A stretch of DNA of 64,000 nucleotides from contig SHVS01000006.1 of assembly GCA_009694135.1 (NCBI GenBank), forward strand, positions 14,036 to 78,035, read 5' to 3'. The stretch is from Alphaproteobacteria bacterium. GTDB lineage: Bacteria; Pseudomonadota; Alphaproteobacteria; UBA6615. A model generated the notes under the pieces. The model ran no database searches. It saw nothing but the letters and a program-made list of their open reading frames with translations, and was not told the DNA's origin. Within the stretch, counting starts at the first letter, position 1; each line of letters starts with the position of its first letter. Below are positions 53,470-62,325 of the stretch, in pieces. The position numbers were made by a program, and so were the translations under genes.

Positions 53470-54378
53470 CTAACGCAGGCGCGTCGCCCGTGCGCGGGGG
53501 TCAAGCGCGTCCTGCAGCCCGTCGCCCAGGAGGTTGAAAGCAATCACGGTCAGGAAAATCAGCAGCCCCGGGTAGGTCGCCAGCCGAGGGGAGGCGTAGA
53601 TCAGCTCCTGCGCGTTGGTCAGCATATTGCCCCAGCTCGGCACCGGCGGCTGAATGCCCAGTCCAAGGAAACTCAGTACGGATTCCAATAGGATGATCGC
53701 CCCGGCGCTGAGCGTCGTCGCGACCACGATCGGCGACGCGATGTTGGGCAGGATATGGCGGAGCATGATCCGCAGTGGCTCCGCCCCGAGCGCTTGGGCT
53801 GCTCGCACGTACTCACGCGTGCGGGCCGACAGGGTCGCCCCGCGCACCAGCCGCGCGACCGTAGTCCAACCCACCAGGGCGATGATCACCACGATGCGAT
53901 AGAGGTTGACGCTTTCCGAGCGCACCCAATCGGCGGGCAGCGGCAGTTTATGCAGATCGACTGCCGCCAGGATAATCAACAGCGGCAACAGCGGCAGCGC
54001 GATCACCCCGTCGGTGAAGCGCATCAGGAAGCGGTCGAGCCGTCCGCCATGATAGCCTGCCGCCAGGCCGATGGCGGTGCCGATGGCGGCGGAGGCGAGC
54101 GCGGTCACCAGCCCGACGAACAGCGACACCTGCCCGCCATAGAGCAGCCGCAGCAAAAGGTCGCGCCCGGCTTCGTCCGTCCCGAGCGGATGCTGAGCAT
54201 CGGGTGCGGCGAAGCGGTTGAACAGATCGACCTGCCGGGCGTCGATACCCATGCTCGCCTCGACCAGCGGCGCGGCCAGGGCCAGCAACGCAAACAGCGC
54301 CAGCAACAGGGCGCTCGCCACCGCCAGCCGGTGCTCGAGGAATCGCCGCCACAACGTCTGGCTGCGCGCCTCGGTCAT
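53470..54378 (-). CDS. Peptide ABC transporter permease (OppC-like)
   Basis: [38 protein letters not shown]. Confidence 0.92.
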   Translation of the reverse strand: MTEARSQTLWRRFLEHRLAVASALLLALFALLALAAPLVEASMGIDARQVDLFNRFAAPDAQHPLGTDEAGRDLLLRLLYGGQVSLFVGLVTALASAAIGTAIGLAAGYHGGRLDRFLMRFTDGVIALPLLPLLIILAAVDLHKLPLPADWVRSESVNLYRIVVIIALVGWTTVARLVRGATLSARTREYVRAAQALGAEPLRIMLRHILPNIASPIVVATTLSAGAIILLESVLSFLGLGIQPPVPSWGNMLTNAQELIYASPRLATYPGLLIFLTVIAFNLLGDGLQDALDPRARATRLR

Positions 54379-55346
54379 CGCTGCTCCTCAAGCGAGCGGA
54401 AACTCACGCGCGGATCGAGCGCGACATAGCCGACATCGGCGAAGAAATTGCCGACCAACACGACCAGCGTCGCGAACAGCAATCCGACCAGGGCCAAGTT
54501 GAAATCATTTCCGATGATCGCGTCATAGATCATCTTGCCCATGCCGAGATAGGCGAACATCGTTTCCGTCACGAGCGCGCCGGAAAACAGCGCGCCGAAA
54601 TCGAGCGCGATGATCGTCACCACCGGCAGCATCGCGTTGCGCAGCGCGTGGCCCAAAACGACGCGCTGGGGCGAAGCGCCTTTCGCCCGCGCCGTACGCA
54701 CATAATCCTGGCGCAGCGCATCCAGCATCGACGCGCGCATGAAGCGCGTGAAGGATGCCAGACTGGCGATGGTGAGCGACGTAACAGGCAGGATCATGTA
54801 GCGCAGATGGGCCAAAAGCCCGCCGCCATCGACCGGGCCCATGCCGCCGGCGGGCAGCCAGCCGAGTCCGACGGCGAACACCAGGATCAGCACCAGCGCA
54901 AGCCAGAAGGACGGAACCGACACACCGGCGAAGCACAGCAGGTTAATTGCTTCGTCAAACAGCCCATGCGCGCGCAGCGCCGCCCACATGCCGAGCGGGA
55001 TGGCGATCAGAATGGCCAGGAGCGAGCTGCTGCCGAGCAGCAGCACGGTGTTGAGCAGCCGCGGCCCAAGGATATCGAAAACCGGGCGGTGAAAGCTGCG
55101 CGAATAGCCGAAATCCCCCCGCAACGACGCACCGAGCCACTCCAGGTAGCGGTCAATGATCGGACGATCGAGGCCATAGATTGCGCGCAAGACCTTGGCG
55201 TCGGCGGCGGTGAGTTTCGGATTGGAGGCGATCATCACATCGATCGGATCGCCCGGCATCAACCCGATCAGCCCATAGATGATGAACGACATCAGCGCCA
55301 AGACGGCGAGCGATTCCACCAGCCGCGTGCTCAGAAAACGGCTCAT
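54375..55346 (-). CDS. Peptide ABC transporter permease (OppB-like)
   Basis: MPGDP, YGLDRP, GDFGYSR, DYVRTARAKG, LDPRV. Confidence 0.92.
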   Translation of the reverse strand: MSRFLSTRLVESLAVLALMSFIIYGLIGLMPGDPIDVMIASNPKLTAADAKVLRAIYGLDRPIIDRYLEWLGASLRGDFGYSRSFHRPVFDILGPRLLNTVLLLGSSSLLAILIAIPLGMWAALRAHGLFDEAINLLCFAGVSVPSFWLALVLILVFAVGLGWLPAGGMGPVDGGGLLAHLRYMILPVTSLTIASLASFTRFMRASMLDALRQDYVRTARAKGASPQRVVLGHALRNAMLPVVTIIALDFGALFSGALVTETMFAYLGMGKMIYDAIIGNDFNLALVGLLFATLVVLVGNFFADVGYVALDPRVSFRSLEEQR

Positions 55347-55357
55347 CGTCGCGCCGG

Positions 55358-57019
55358 CTACTGCCAGCGCCAATCCTCGACCCACAGCGTCGAAGGGTTC
55401 TGGTGGCCGGTCGGACGCACGCCCTTGAGCTGCTTCGGCAAGACGTAGGAGTTGGTGCGGAAATAGAGCGGCAGCACCGGCAGCTCCTCGGCGTAGAGCG
55501 ACTGGATGCGGCTCCACAGCTGCGCCTGCACGTCGTCAGCGCATTCGACGCGGACGCGCTCAAGCACCGTATCCATCTCGGCATTCTTGAAGCCGGTGTA
55601 GTTCTGCCCGGACCAATTATTGGCCGCGGTTGGGATCATCGAGGAATGCAGCGTGGTGTATGGGATGTTCTTCGGGCTGGAACTCCAGGCAAACATGCCC
55701 ATGGCGTTGAATTTGCGCTCGCGCATGGTCTGGCCAAAGAACACCTGCGCCGGCTCGTTCTTGATCTTGATGTCGACGCCGATCTTCTTCAAGTCGCTCT
55801 GGATCACGGTTTCGACCAACTCGCGCACGCGATTGCCGGCGGTGGTCATCAGATCGAGCGAGAGCGGCTGGCCAGCGGCGTTGCGCCGGATTCCATCAGC
55901 ACCCGGTTTGAACCCGGCGGCGTCGAGCAGCGCGGCCGCGCGGCGCGCATCAAACGGATAAGAGGGCGCCTTCGGATCATAGACTACGTCAAGCGGATTG
56001 ACGCCGCCCTGCGCGACCGGCTGCTTGCCTTCGAACAGCTTCGCGCTGATCGCTTCGCGGTCGATGCCCATGAGCAAAGCCTGGCGCACGCGCACATCGG
56101 CGAGCAACGGGTTTTCCAGGAACAGATCGATGTGCTCATAGATCAGGCCTGGCTTATAAACCACGTTGAAGCGGTCGCCGTTGCGCTTCTCGAAGGCGAG
56201 CGCCTGGTCGAGCGTGAGCCCGTCCTCGCCGGCGATGTAGTCGATCGCGCCCGATAAGAGATTGGCTTCGAGCGCCGCAGTGTTTTCGACGACGCGGAAG
56301 ATGATGCGGCGGAACGCGGCCGGCTTGCCCCACCAGTTGGGATTGCGTTCCAGCACGATGGTCGCGCCCGGTTCGATCTTGGTTACAACATAAGGGCCGA
56401 ACCATAGGCCGGGATTGGTCGGTTGCGTCTGATAAGACGTTCGATTGCGATATTCCTTTGCGCCTTGCTGATAGATCGGCTTCTCGAGATGCGCCGGGAC
56501 CAGTTCGAAGTCGCCTAGGCGCTGGTAATCGCACTCGCGCTTATTCGTATAGACCGTGAATTTGCGCTCGTCCTTGACTTCGAGTTTTTCGAACGTCCGG
56601 TACATTTCCTGGTTGTTGGCGCCGGCGTCGGGGTTACGGCCGACGTCATAGACGAATTGCACGTCGCGCGTGGTGATCGGCGTGCCGTCGCCCCATTTGG
56701 CACGCGGATCGATCGCATAGTCGATCGCCCAGCCCGGCTTGCCGTCGGGCGTGGTCCATTCGCGCGCCGTGCCCTTGGCCCGGTCGGGCAACTCGGTGCA
56801 CAGCATGCAGATCAGCTTCCAATCGGGGTCATAGGCCGTGAACGGTCGCTGCGTCATGCCGAGAATGAGACTCTGTACGACGTGGCTCTCCAGGTCGGGG
56901 TGAAGGGCGGCCGGGAATTGGCTGACGCCGATGATGAGATCGTCTTTTTGCTGGGCGGGTGCGGGTGAGGATAGCGGTAAGAGCGCGAGCAACGCGATGG
57001 CAAGACGAGTTCGGACCAT
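55358..57019 (-). CDS. Peptide ABC transporter substrate-binding protein
   Basis: Signal peptide; AKWGDGTPIT, FGPY, VRQALLMGIDR, EELPVLPLY. Confidence 0.92.
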   Translation of the reverse strand: MVRTRLAIALLALLPLSSPAPAQQKDDLIIGVSQFPAALHPDLESHVVQSLILGMTQRPFTAYDPDWKLICMLCTELPDRAKGTAREWTTPDGKPGWAIDYAIDPRAKWGDGTPITTRDVQFVYDVGRNPDAGANNQEMYRTFEKLEVKDERKFTVYTNKRECDYQRLGDFELVPAHLEKPIYQQGAKEYRNRTSYQTQPTNPGLWFGPYVVTKIEPGATIVLERNPNWWGKPAAFRRIIFRVVENTAALEANLLSGAIDYIAGEDGLTLDQALAFEKRNGDRFNVVYKPGLIYEHIDLFLENPLLADVRVRQALLMGIDREAISAKLFEGKQPVAQGGVNPLDVVYDPKAPSYPFDARRAAALLDAAGFKPGADGIRRNAAGQPLSLDLMTTAGNRVRELVETVIQSDLKKIGVDIKIKNEPAQVFFGQTMRERKFNAMGMFAWSSSPKNIPYTTLHSSMIPTAANNWSGQNYTGFKNAEMDTVLERVRVECADDVQAQLWSRIQSLYAEELPVLPLYFRTNSYVLPKQLKGVRPTGHQNPSTLWVEDWRWQ

Positions 57020-57097
57020 GGCGGGACCCCTCCGGACGACAGGACAGCGCTAACTTTCACCATCCTGCTGCCGCCACCGCCCGCGCGTCAAAGATCC

Positions 57098-57775
57098 TTA
57101 GCCGCCCTTGGAGGCGCTCCATCCCGCCGGGTCGCGTAGGTAGGCCTCGACGGCGTTAAGCGTCGCGGGGGTGAAGGCGTTGCCTTCGCGCGCCGCGGCG
57201 AGCACGTCCCACCAGCTCGCCAGCCATAACAACTTCAGGTCCAGTTCCTTGAGCCGCGTCTCGGCCTCGGGGAAGATCCCATAGTAGAACACGACCAGCG
57301 CGTGACTTACCTCGGCCCCGGCTTCGCGCAGCGCGCCGACGAAACCGGCCTTGCTGCCAGCATCGGTCGCCAAATCCTCGACCAAGAGCACCCGCGCGCC
57401 CGGCTTGAGCACGCCTTCGATGCGCTTGCCCTTGCCAAAACCCTTCGCTTCCTTCCGGACGTAGAGCATCGGCAGGGACAGGCGCTCGGCCAACCAGGCC
57501 GCGAAGGGGATGCCGGCCGTTTCGCCGCCGGCGATGGCGTCAATCGACTCGAAACCGACCTGCTCCTTGATGCAGGTTGCAGCAAAATCCATCAAAGCCG
57601 AGCGAGCGCGTGGGAAGGAAATCAACTTCCGGCAGTCGATATAGCTGGGAGATACCCGTCCCGATGTGTGGCGAAAAGGTGACTCTGGTCGAAAATCGAC
57701 CGCGCCGACCTCCAGGAGAATGCGCGCCGCTAGGCGCTCGGCCGTGCGACCGGATGGCGAAACCAGTTCCGTCAT
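57098..57775 (-). CDS. pyrE: Orotate phosphoribosyltransferase
   Basis: TSGRVSPSYIDCRK, AGGETAGIP, YVRK, PRPP loop LLVEDLATDAGS. Confidence 0.93.
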   Translation of the reverse strand: MTELVSPSGRTAERLAARILLEVGAVDFRPESPFRHTSGRVSPSYIDCRKLISFPRARSALMDFAATCIKEQVGFESIDAIAGGETAGIPFAAWLAERLSLPMLYVRKEAKGFGKGKRIEGVLKPGARVLLVEDLATDAGSKAGFVGALREAGAEVSHALVVFYYGIFPEAETRLKELDLKLLWLASWWDVLAAAREGNAFTPATLNAVEAYLRDPAGWSASKGG

Positions 57776-57872
57776 ACGGGTTTTTTCCATATAGTGAGTC
57801 GTAAGCCGACACTGTGATGTCGCGCGCTCCCGGGGTGATGTCAATTCGCCACACCTTCTTGGTCGGCGCGGC

Positions 57873-57908
57873 GCACGAGACGCGGCACGAGACGCGGCAG
57901 GAGACGGC
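57873..57908. repeat. 12-bp tandem repeat GCACGAGACGCG x2 plus a degenerate third copy
   Basis: Seen directly in the divergent pyrE / SH3-gene spacer. Confidence 0.8.
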
Positions 57909-57951
57909 AACTTTGCGTGCGCTGGGGTACGCAATGCGCCGGCATCGGGCC

Positions 57952-58548
57952 ATGATACCGACATCAGTCTTAGGAATCGCCTTTATTGGCGTGAGCTTGG
58001 CGCTCGCGACGGCCCAGACTCTGGCTGCCGAGGCGCTTGATAATGTCGCCGCGGGCAAGAGCGAGCCGATCCGCGCGCCCAAGGTTTGGATGGCGACGGT
58101 CAACGCCAATAAACTCAACGTCCGCAGTGGTCCGGGCGACGGCTTCAAGGTCGTCGAGACCCTGGAAATCGGCGCCAGCGTCGGCGTCGTCTCCCAATCG
58201 GGCACGTGGGTTAGGCTCGATCGCCCGATCGAGGCCTGGGTCGCGCGCGTGTTCCTCAAACTGCCCAGCGATTTCCTCTCCCCGCTGTTCCGCGACACCG
58301 ACAATGCGTTCCTCGACTGGGCGGCGGCGACCGGCAATTTCGAGGAGCTGTCGGTCGAGGCCGAGGGGCGCCTGTCGGTGATCCTGGCGCGGCCGCTTTA
58401 TGACGACATGGGCAAGCTGGAGAAAATCGCGCGCGACACCGCCTGCGCCTTTCGCGACCGCACGACCTATCCCGGCGTCGTACAGCTGACAGTGTGGGCG
58501 CCCGACGGCCCCTCCGCCGGTTTGGTTCGCCAGGTCAATTGCCCGTAG
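57952..58548 (+). CDS. Exported SH3b-domain protein
   Basis: Signal peptide; LNVRSGPG...V...WVRL...WV; unrecognised C-terminal domain with two Cys. Confidence 0.78.
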   Translation: MIPTSVLGIAFIGVSLALATAQTLAAEALDNVAAGKSEPIRAPKVWMATVNANKLNVRSGPGDGFKVVETLEIGASVGVVSQSGTWVRLDRPIEAWVARVFLKLPSDFLSPLFRDTDNAFLDWAAATGNFEELSVEAEGRLSVILARPLYDDMGKLEKIARDTACAFRDRTTYPGVVQLTVWAPDGPSAGLVRQVNCP

Positions 58549-58571
58549 GGCATCAAGCTTCCGCCGCGGCG

Positions 58572-59767
58572 ATGAGTTCTTCGACGCGCGCTCGTCTGCC
58601 GCGCGCGGTGATTGCGCTTGGACTGGTCAGCCTGTGCATGGACGCGAGTTCGGAGCTGATCCATTCGCTGCTGCCGCTCTTCATGGTCGGGACGCTCGGC
58701 GCCAGCGCGGCCGTGGTTGGGCTGGTCGAAGGCCTGGCGGAAGCAACCGCCGCCTTTGTCAAAATCGGATCCGGCGCGGTTTCCGACTGGCAGGGGCGGC
58801 GCAAGCCCCTGACCGTGCTCGGCTACGGGCTCAGCGCGGCGTCGAAAGTGATTTTTCCGCTGGCGAGCAGCGTCGGGCTGGTGTTCGCCGCCCGGTTTAT
58901 CGATCGCATTGGCAAGGGCATCCGCGGCGCGCCGCGCGACGCGCTGGTGGCCGAAGTCACCCCCCCCCGGAGCTGCGCGGGCGCGCATTCGGGCTGCGCC
59001 AGGCGCTCGATAGTGTCGGCGCGGTGATCGGGCCGCTGTTCGCGGTTGCGCTCATGCAGATGTTCGACAGCGATTTTCGCGCCGTGTTCTGGTTCGCGCT
59101 GATCCCCGCTTGGGGCGCGGTCGCGGTACTGGTCTTCGGCGTACGGGAGCCGTCGGCCGCGCCGGCGCGCGCATCCAAGCCGCGCATGACGCTGATCGGC
59201 AATTGGCGCGCGCTGCCGGTTCCGTTCTGGGCCCTCATGGCTGTGGTGGCGTGTTTTGGTTTCGCCCGCTACGGCGAAGCGTTTTTGATCCTGGCGGCGG
59301 AGGAGGGGGGCTTATCCCCGGGCTAGGCGCCGCTCGCCCTCGCGCTGATGAGCGGAATCTATGCTGTCACCACCTATGTCGCCGGGCGTCTGTCGGATAG
59401 ATCGGGCCGCACGCGGCTGCTGGGTGCTGGCCTGATCGTTTTGGCGCTTGCCGATGTGATGCTCGGCCAAGCGCACGCTCCTTGGCTGGCGCTGATTGGC
59501 GCGGCGCTGTTCGGCCTGCATATGGGCCTATCGCAAGGGTTATTGGCGGCGCTGGTCGCCGATGTGTGCGGGACGGAGGCGCGCGGGCTTGCCTTCGGCT
59601 TGTACAACGCCGTCTCCGGCGTGGCGCTGCTGATCGCCAGCCTGGGCATGGGCGAGATATGGACTTTTTCCGGGCGCGGGCCGGCCTTCAGCTTAGGCGC
59701 CGTGCTGGCGCTTGTGGCGGCCGCTACATTGCTTTTACGGGCGCAGCGTTATCGCGGCACCGCCTGA
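58572..59767 (+). pseudogene. MFS transporter, frameshifted, with an internal stop
   Basis: SSELIHSLLP, DRIGKGIRGAPRDAL, GRAFGLRQALD; C9 run at 58960-58968 shifts the frame; TAG at 59324-59326. Confidence 0.85.
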
Positions 59768-60456
59768 CTGCGCCAGATATCGCGCGCGCGCGATTCGTAT
59801 TTGGTCGCTTCCTCGTAGCGCCCCTGTTCGAGATAGAGCCGCGATAAGTTATACAGCCAGGTTGCGACTTTCGACGGGTCGCCGCCCTCGGCCGCTTCCA
59901 TGATCGCGATCGCGCGGGAGCCGAGCGCCTCCGCTTCGACGTTGCGCCCCTGAATGCGAAACAGCCCGGCCAGATTGTTGAGGCTATCGGCGACTTCCGG
60001 GTGGGTTGGGCCCAGCCGACGTTCGCGAATCTGCAGCGAGCGCAAATACAGCGGCTCGGCCTTATCGAAGGCGCCGGTCTCGCGATACAGCCCGGCCAGA
60101 TTATTGAGCGTGAGCGCGACGTCGAGGTTATCGCTGCCAAGAGTTTTTTCTTGCAGCGCCAGCGCGCGCAGATAATGCGGCTCCGCCAGGGCCAGCCGAC
60201 CCTCGGCGCGCAGAATATAGCCCAGATTGTGCAAAGTGCGCGCGAGCCGCGGGTCGCGATCGCCGAAACTCTCCGCGATCGCCAGCGCCTTGGTCAGCTC
60301 GGCCTCGGCATCGGCGAGGGAGCGCCGCTTGAGAGCAGCGGTCGCCGCCATCATGCGCTGCGACCATTGCGTTTCCTGAGCGTATGCCGGGTGGTCAAGC
60401 GCCGCGCCCGCTCCGCTCAGGAAAGCGAGGACCAGAAGAAACCGCGCGACGTTCAT
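59749..60456 (-). CDS. Exported TPR protein (42-aa kinesin-light-chain-type repeats)
   Basis: Signal peptide MNVARFLLV; repeats A.TL.NLA.LY...G...AEPLY.R.L. Confidence 0.85.
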   Translation of the reverse strand: MNVARFLLVLAFLSGAGAALDHPAYAQETQWSQRMMAATAALKRRSLADAEAELTKALAIAESFGDRDPRLARTLHNLGYILRAEGRLALAEPHYLRALALQEKTLGSDNLDVALTLNNLAGLYRETGAFDKAEPLYLRSLQIRERRLGPTHPEVADSLNNLAGLFRIQGRNVEAEALGSRAIAIMEAAEGGDPSKVATWLYNLSRLYLEQGRYEEATKYESRARDIWRSQAVPR

Positions 60457-60521
60457 GCCAAACTGCCGTCCACTCGCCACAGGGCGATGATAGCAGCTTT
60501 GTAAGCGGGCGACTACGGACT

Positions 60522-61649
60522 TCAGCGGCGGCCCTTGGTCCTTCCAGCGCCACCGATCCAGCCTTGCCGGCGGAAATAAACCAGCAGCCCGCCAACCACC
60601 CCGGCCATCACCATGAGCGCGAGCGGGTAGCCGAAGCGCCAGCCGAGCTCGGGCATGTTCCACGGCGAGATGCGGTCGAAGTTCATGCCATACAGGCCGG
60701 TGATGAAGCCCAAGGGCATGAAGATCGTGGCGATCACCGTCAGTACCTTGATGACCTCGTTCATGCGCACATTGAGCGCCGACAGATGCAGCTCGACCAG
60801 CCCGGCGGCGATTTCGCGATCGGTTTCGACCAGATCGGTGAGCTGCACGACGTGATCGTAGCAGTCGCGCAGGAAAATGCGGGTGGCATCGGTCACCCAG
60901 GCGCCGCTGTCGCGCGACATCTGGTGCAAGAGTTCGCGCTGCGGCCAGATCGCGCGCCGAAGCACCAACAGGTCGCGTTTGAGCCCGTGAATGGCGCGGA
61001 TTTGCTCCGACCCGCCATTGGCGCCGACCGTCCCTTCGAGCGCTTCCAACCGCTCGCCATAACTTTCCAGCACCGGAAAGTATCCATCGACGGTGGCATC
61101 GAGCAGCGCATAAGCCAGGTAATCGACGCCGCCGCCACGCAAGCGACCGCGCCCTTGACGGATGCGTGCGCGCACCGGTTCCAAGCTGTCGCCCGGCTCC
61201 GCCTGGAAGGTGAGCAGGTAGCCATGGCCGAGAAACATCGCCAGTTGCTCGGTCGCCGGCGCCTGCTCGGCCCGGATCATGCGCGTCACGATGAACAGGT
61301 GATCGGCATAGAGTTCGAGCTTGGGCCGCTGATGGGTGTTGAGCGTATCCTCCAGCGCCAGCGCATGCAGGTTGAAGACGGCGCCGAGCGCGCGCACCAG
61401 GTCGAGATCGGCCAATCCTTCGACATCGACCCAGACCACGGGAAAGCGCGTCATCGCCGCGCGGATGCCGGCGAGCGAGTCCTGGCCGATGAGCGTGTGC
61501 TCCTCGCAGCCCTCCGGTCCATAGCCCATCAGCCGCACCGTCGGCGCATGCGCGTTCGGGTGGGCGATCAGCGTGCCCGGCGGGGAGCCGGGCGCGGCGC
61601 GCGCTTGACGGCGGCGGCGCTGCGACTCGCCCGATCGGTGCGCGCTCAC
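60522..61649 (-). CDS. corA: Magnesium/cobalt transporter CorA
   Basis: [32 protein letters not shown]; GTG start overlaps the apt stop. Confidence 0.95.
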   Translation of the reverse strand: MSAHRSGESQRRRRQARAAPGSPPGTLIAHPNAHAPTVRLMGYGPEGCEEHTLIGQDSLAGIRAAMTRFPVVWVDVEGLADLDLVRALGAVFNLHALALEDTLNTHQRPKLELYADHLFIVTRMIRAEQAPATEQLAMFLGHGYLLTFQAEPGDSLEPVRARIRQGRGRLRGGGVDYLAYALLDATVDGYFPVLESYGERLEALEGTVGANGGSEQIRAIHGLKRDLLVLRRAIWPQRELLHQMSRDSGAWVTDATRIFLRDCYDHVVQLTDLVETDREIAAGLVELHLSALNVRMNEVIKVLTVIATIFMPLGFITGLYGMNFDRISPWNMPELGWRFGYPLALMVMAGVVGGLLVYFRRQGWIGGAGRTKGRR

Positions 61650-62161
61650 GTGTCGTAGGACAACAGGGCCGCGACCGGAACATCGAGCCGTGCGCGTCCC
61701 TTGAGGCTGGTAAGCTCGATGATGAAGGCCGCGGCCTCGACCTTGGCGCCCATCTTGCGCAGCAGAGCGATCGATGCCGCCGCCGTGCCGCCGGTTGCCA
61801 GAAGGTCGTCGAGCAATACGACGCGCTGGCCCGACTGGACCGCGTCCTCTTGCAGCTCGATCGTATCGCTGCCGTATTCGAGCTGATAGCTGTGGCGCAC
61901 GGTGCGGCCGGGTAGCTTGCCCTTTTTGCGGCACATGACGAAGCCGCAGCCGAGTTCGAGCGCCAGCGGCGCCGAAACCAGGAATCCGCGCGATTCGATC
62001 CCGACCAGCAGGTCGGGCTTATAACCGCGCACCGTCTCGGCCAGTTGATCGACCGTCGCCCGCCATGCCTTGGGGTGTTTGAGTAGCGTCGAGATGTCGT
62101 AGAACAGGATCCCCGGCTTGGGAAAGTCCGGGATCTGGCGGATATGAGTGCGGATGTCCAT
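61646..62161 (-). CDS. apt: Adenine phosphoribosyltransferase
   Basis: [41 protein letters not shown]. Confidence 0.97.
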   Translation of the reverse strand: MDIRTHIRQIPDFPKPGILFYDISTLLKHPKAWRATVDQLAETVRGYKPDLLVGIESRGFLVSAPLALELGCGFVMCRKKGKLPGRTVRHSYQLEYGSDTIELQEDAVQSGQRVVLLDDLLATGGTAAASIALLRKMGAKVEAAAFIIELTSLKGRARLDVPVAALLSYDT

Positions 62162-62258
62162 GCCGTGCCTGCCGTTGGAGCGGAACGCGCGCGACTCTAG
62201 TGGCCGCGCCGCACGCGCGCAAAGCCGGGGTGGCCAGACCCGCGTGGCTAGCCCGCCA

Positions 62259-62273
62259 TTAACCAAAGATTAC
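62259..62273 (+). promoter_or_regulatory. CtrA-like box TTAA-CCAAAGA-TTAC
   Basis: One mismatch to consensus; about 50 bp upstream of the kinase-like gene. Confidence 0.5.
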
Positions 62274-62325
62274 CGGACAGGGGGTTAGCCTCGACTCTCG
62301 GCGTTTCGCGGGGGCGGACAAGGCA

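Noticed and set aside
584-56257. Many long antisense or alternate-frame ORFs (e.g. 584-1669, 6632-7795, 17725-18951, 18744-20231, 28913-30250)
   Set aside because: Shadow ORFs expected from high-GC codon bias; they lie over well-supported genes and have no recognisable motifs.
58960-58968. C9 tract as a phase-variation switch in the MFS gene
   Set aside because: A separate downstream TAG means slippage alone could not restore the protein; a sequencing error is also possible.
44402-59326. In-frame TAG at probable Trp positions in ppm (44402) and the MFS gene (59324), suggesting amber recoding
   Set aside because: TAG is the normal stop of gshA, pheA, ybaB, rpmH and rpsU here. Both genes have other lesions, and TGG to TAG is a single transition.
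59749-61683. 644-aa ORF overlapping corA on the same strand
   Set aside because: Only the last 235 aa (signal peptide plus TPR) are protein-like; the rest is an open alternate frame of GC-rich corA.
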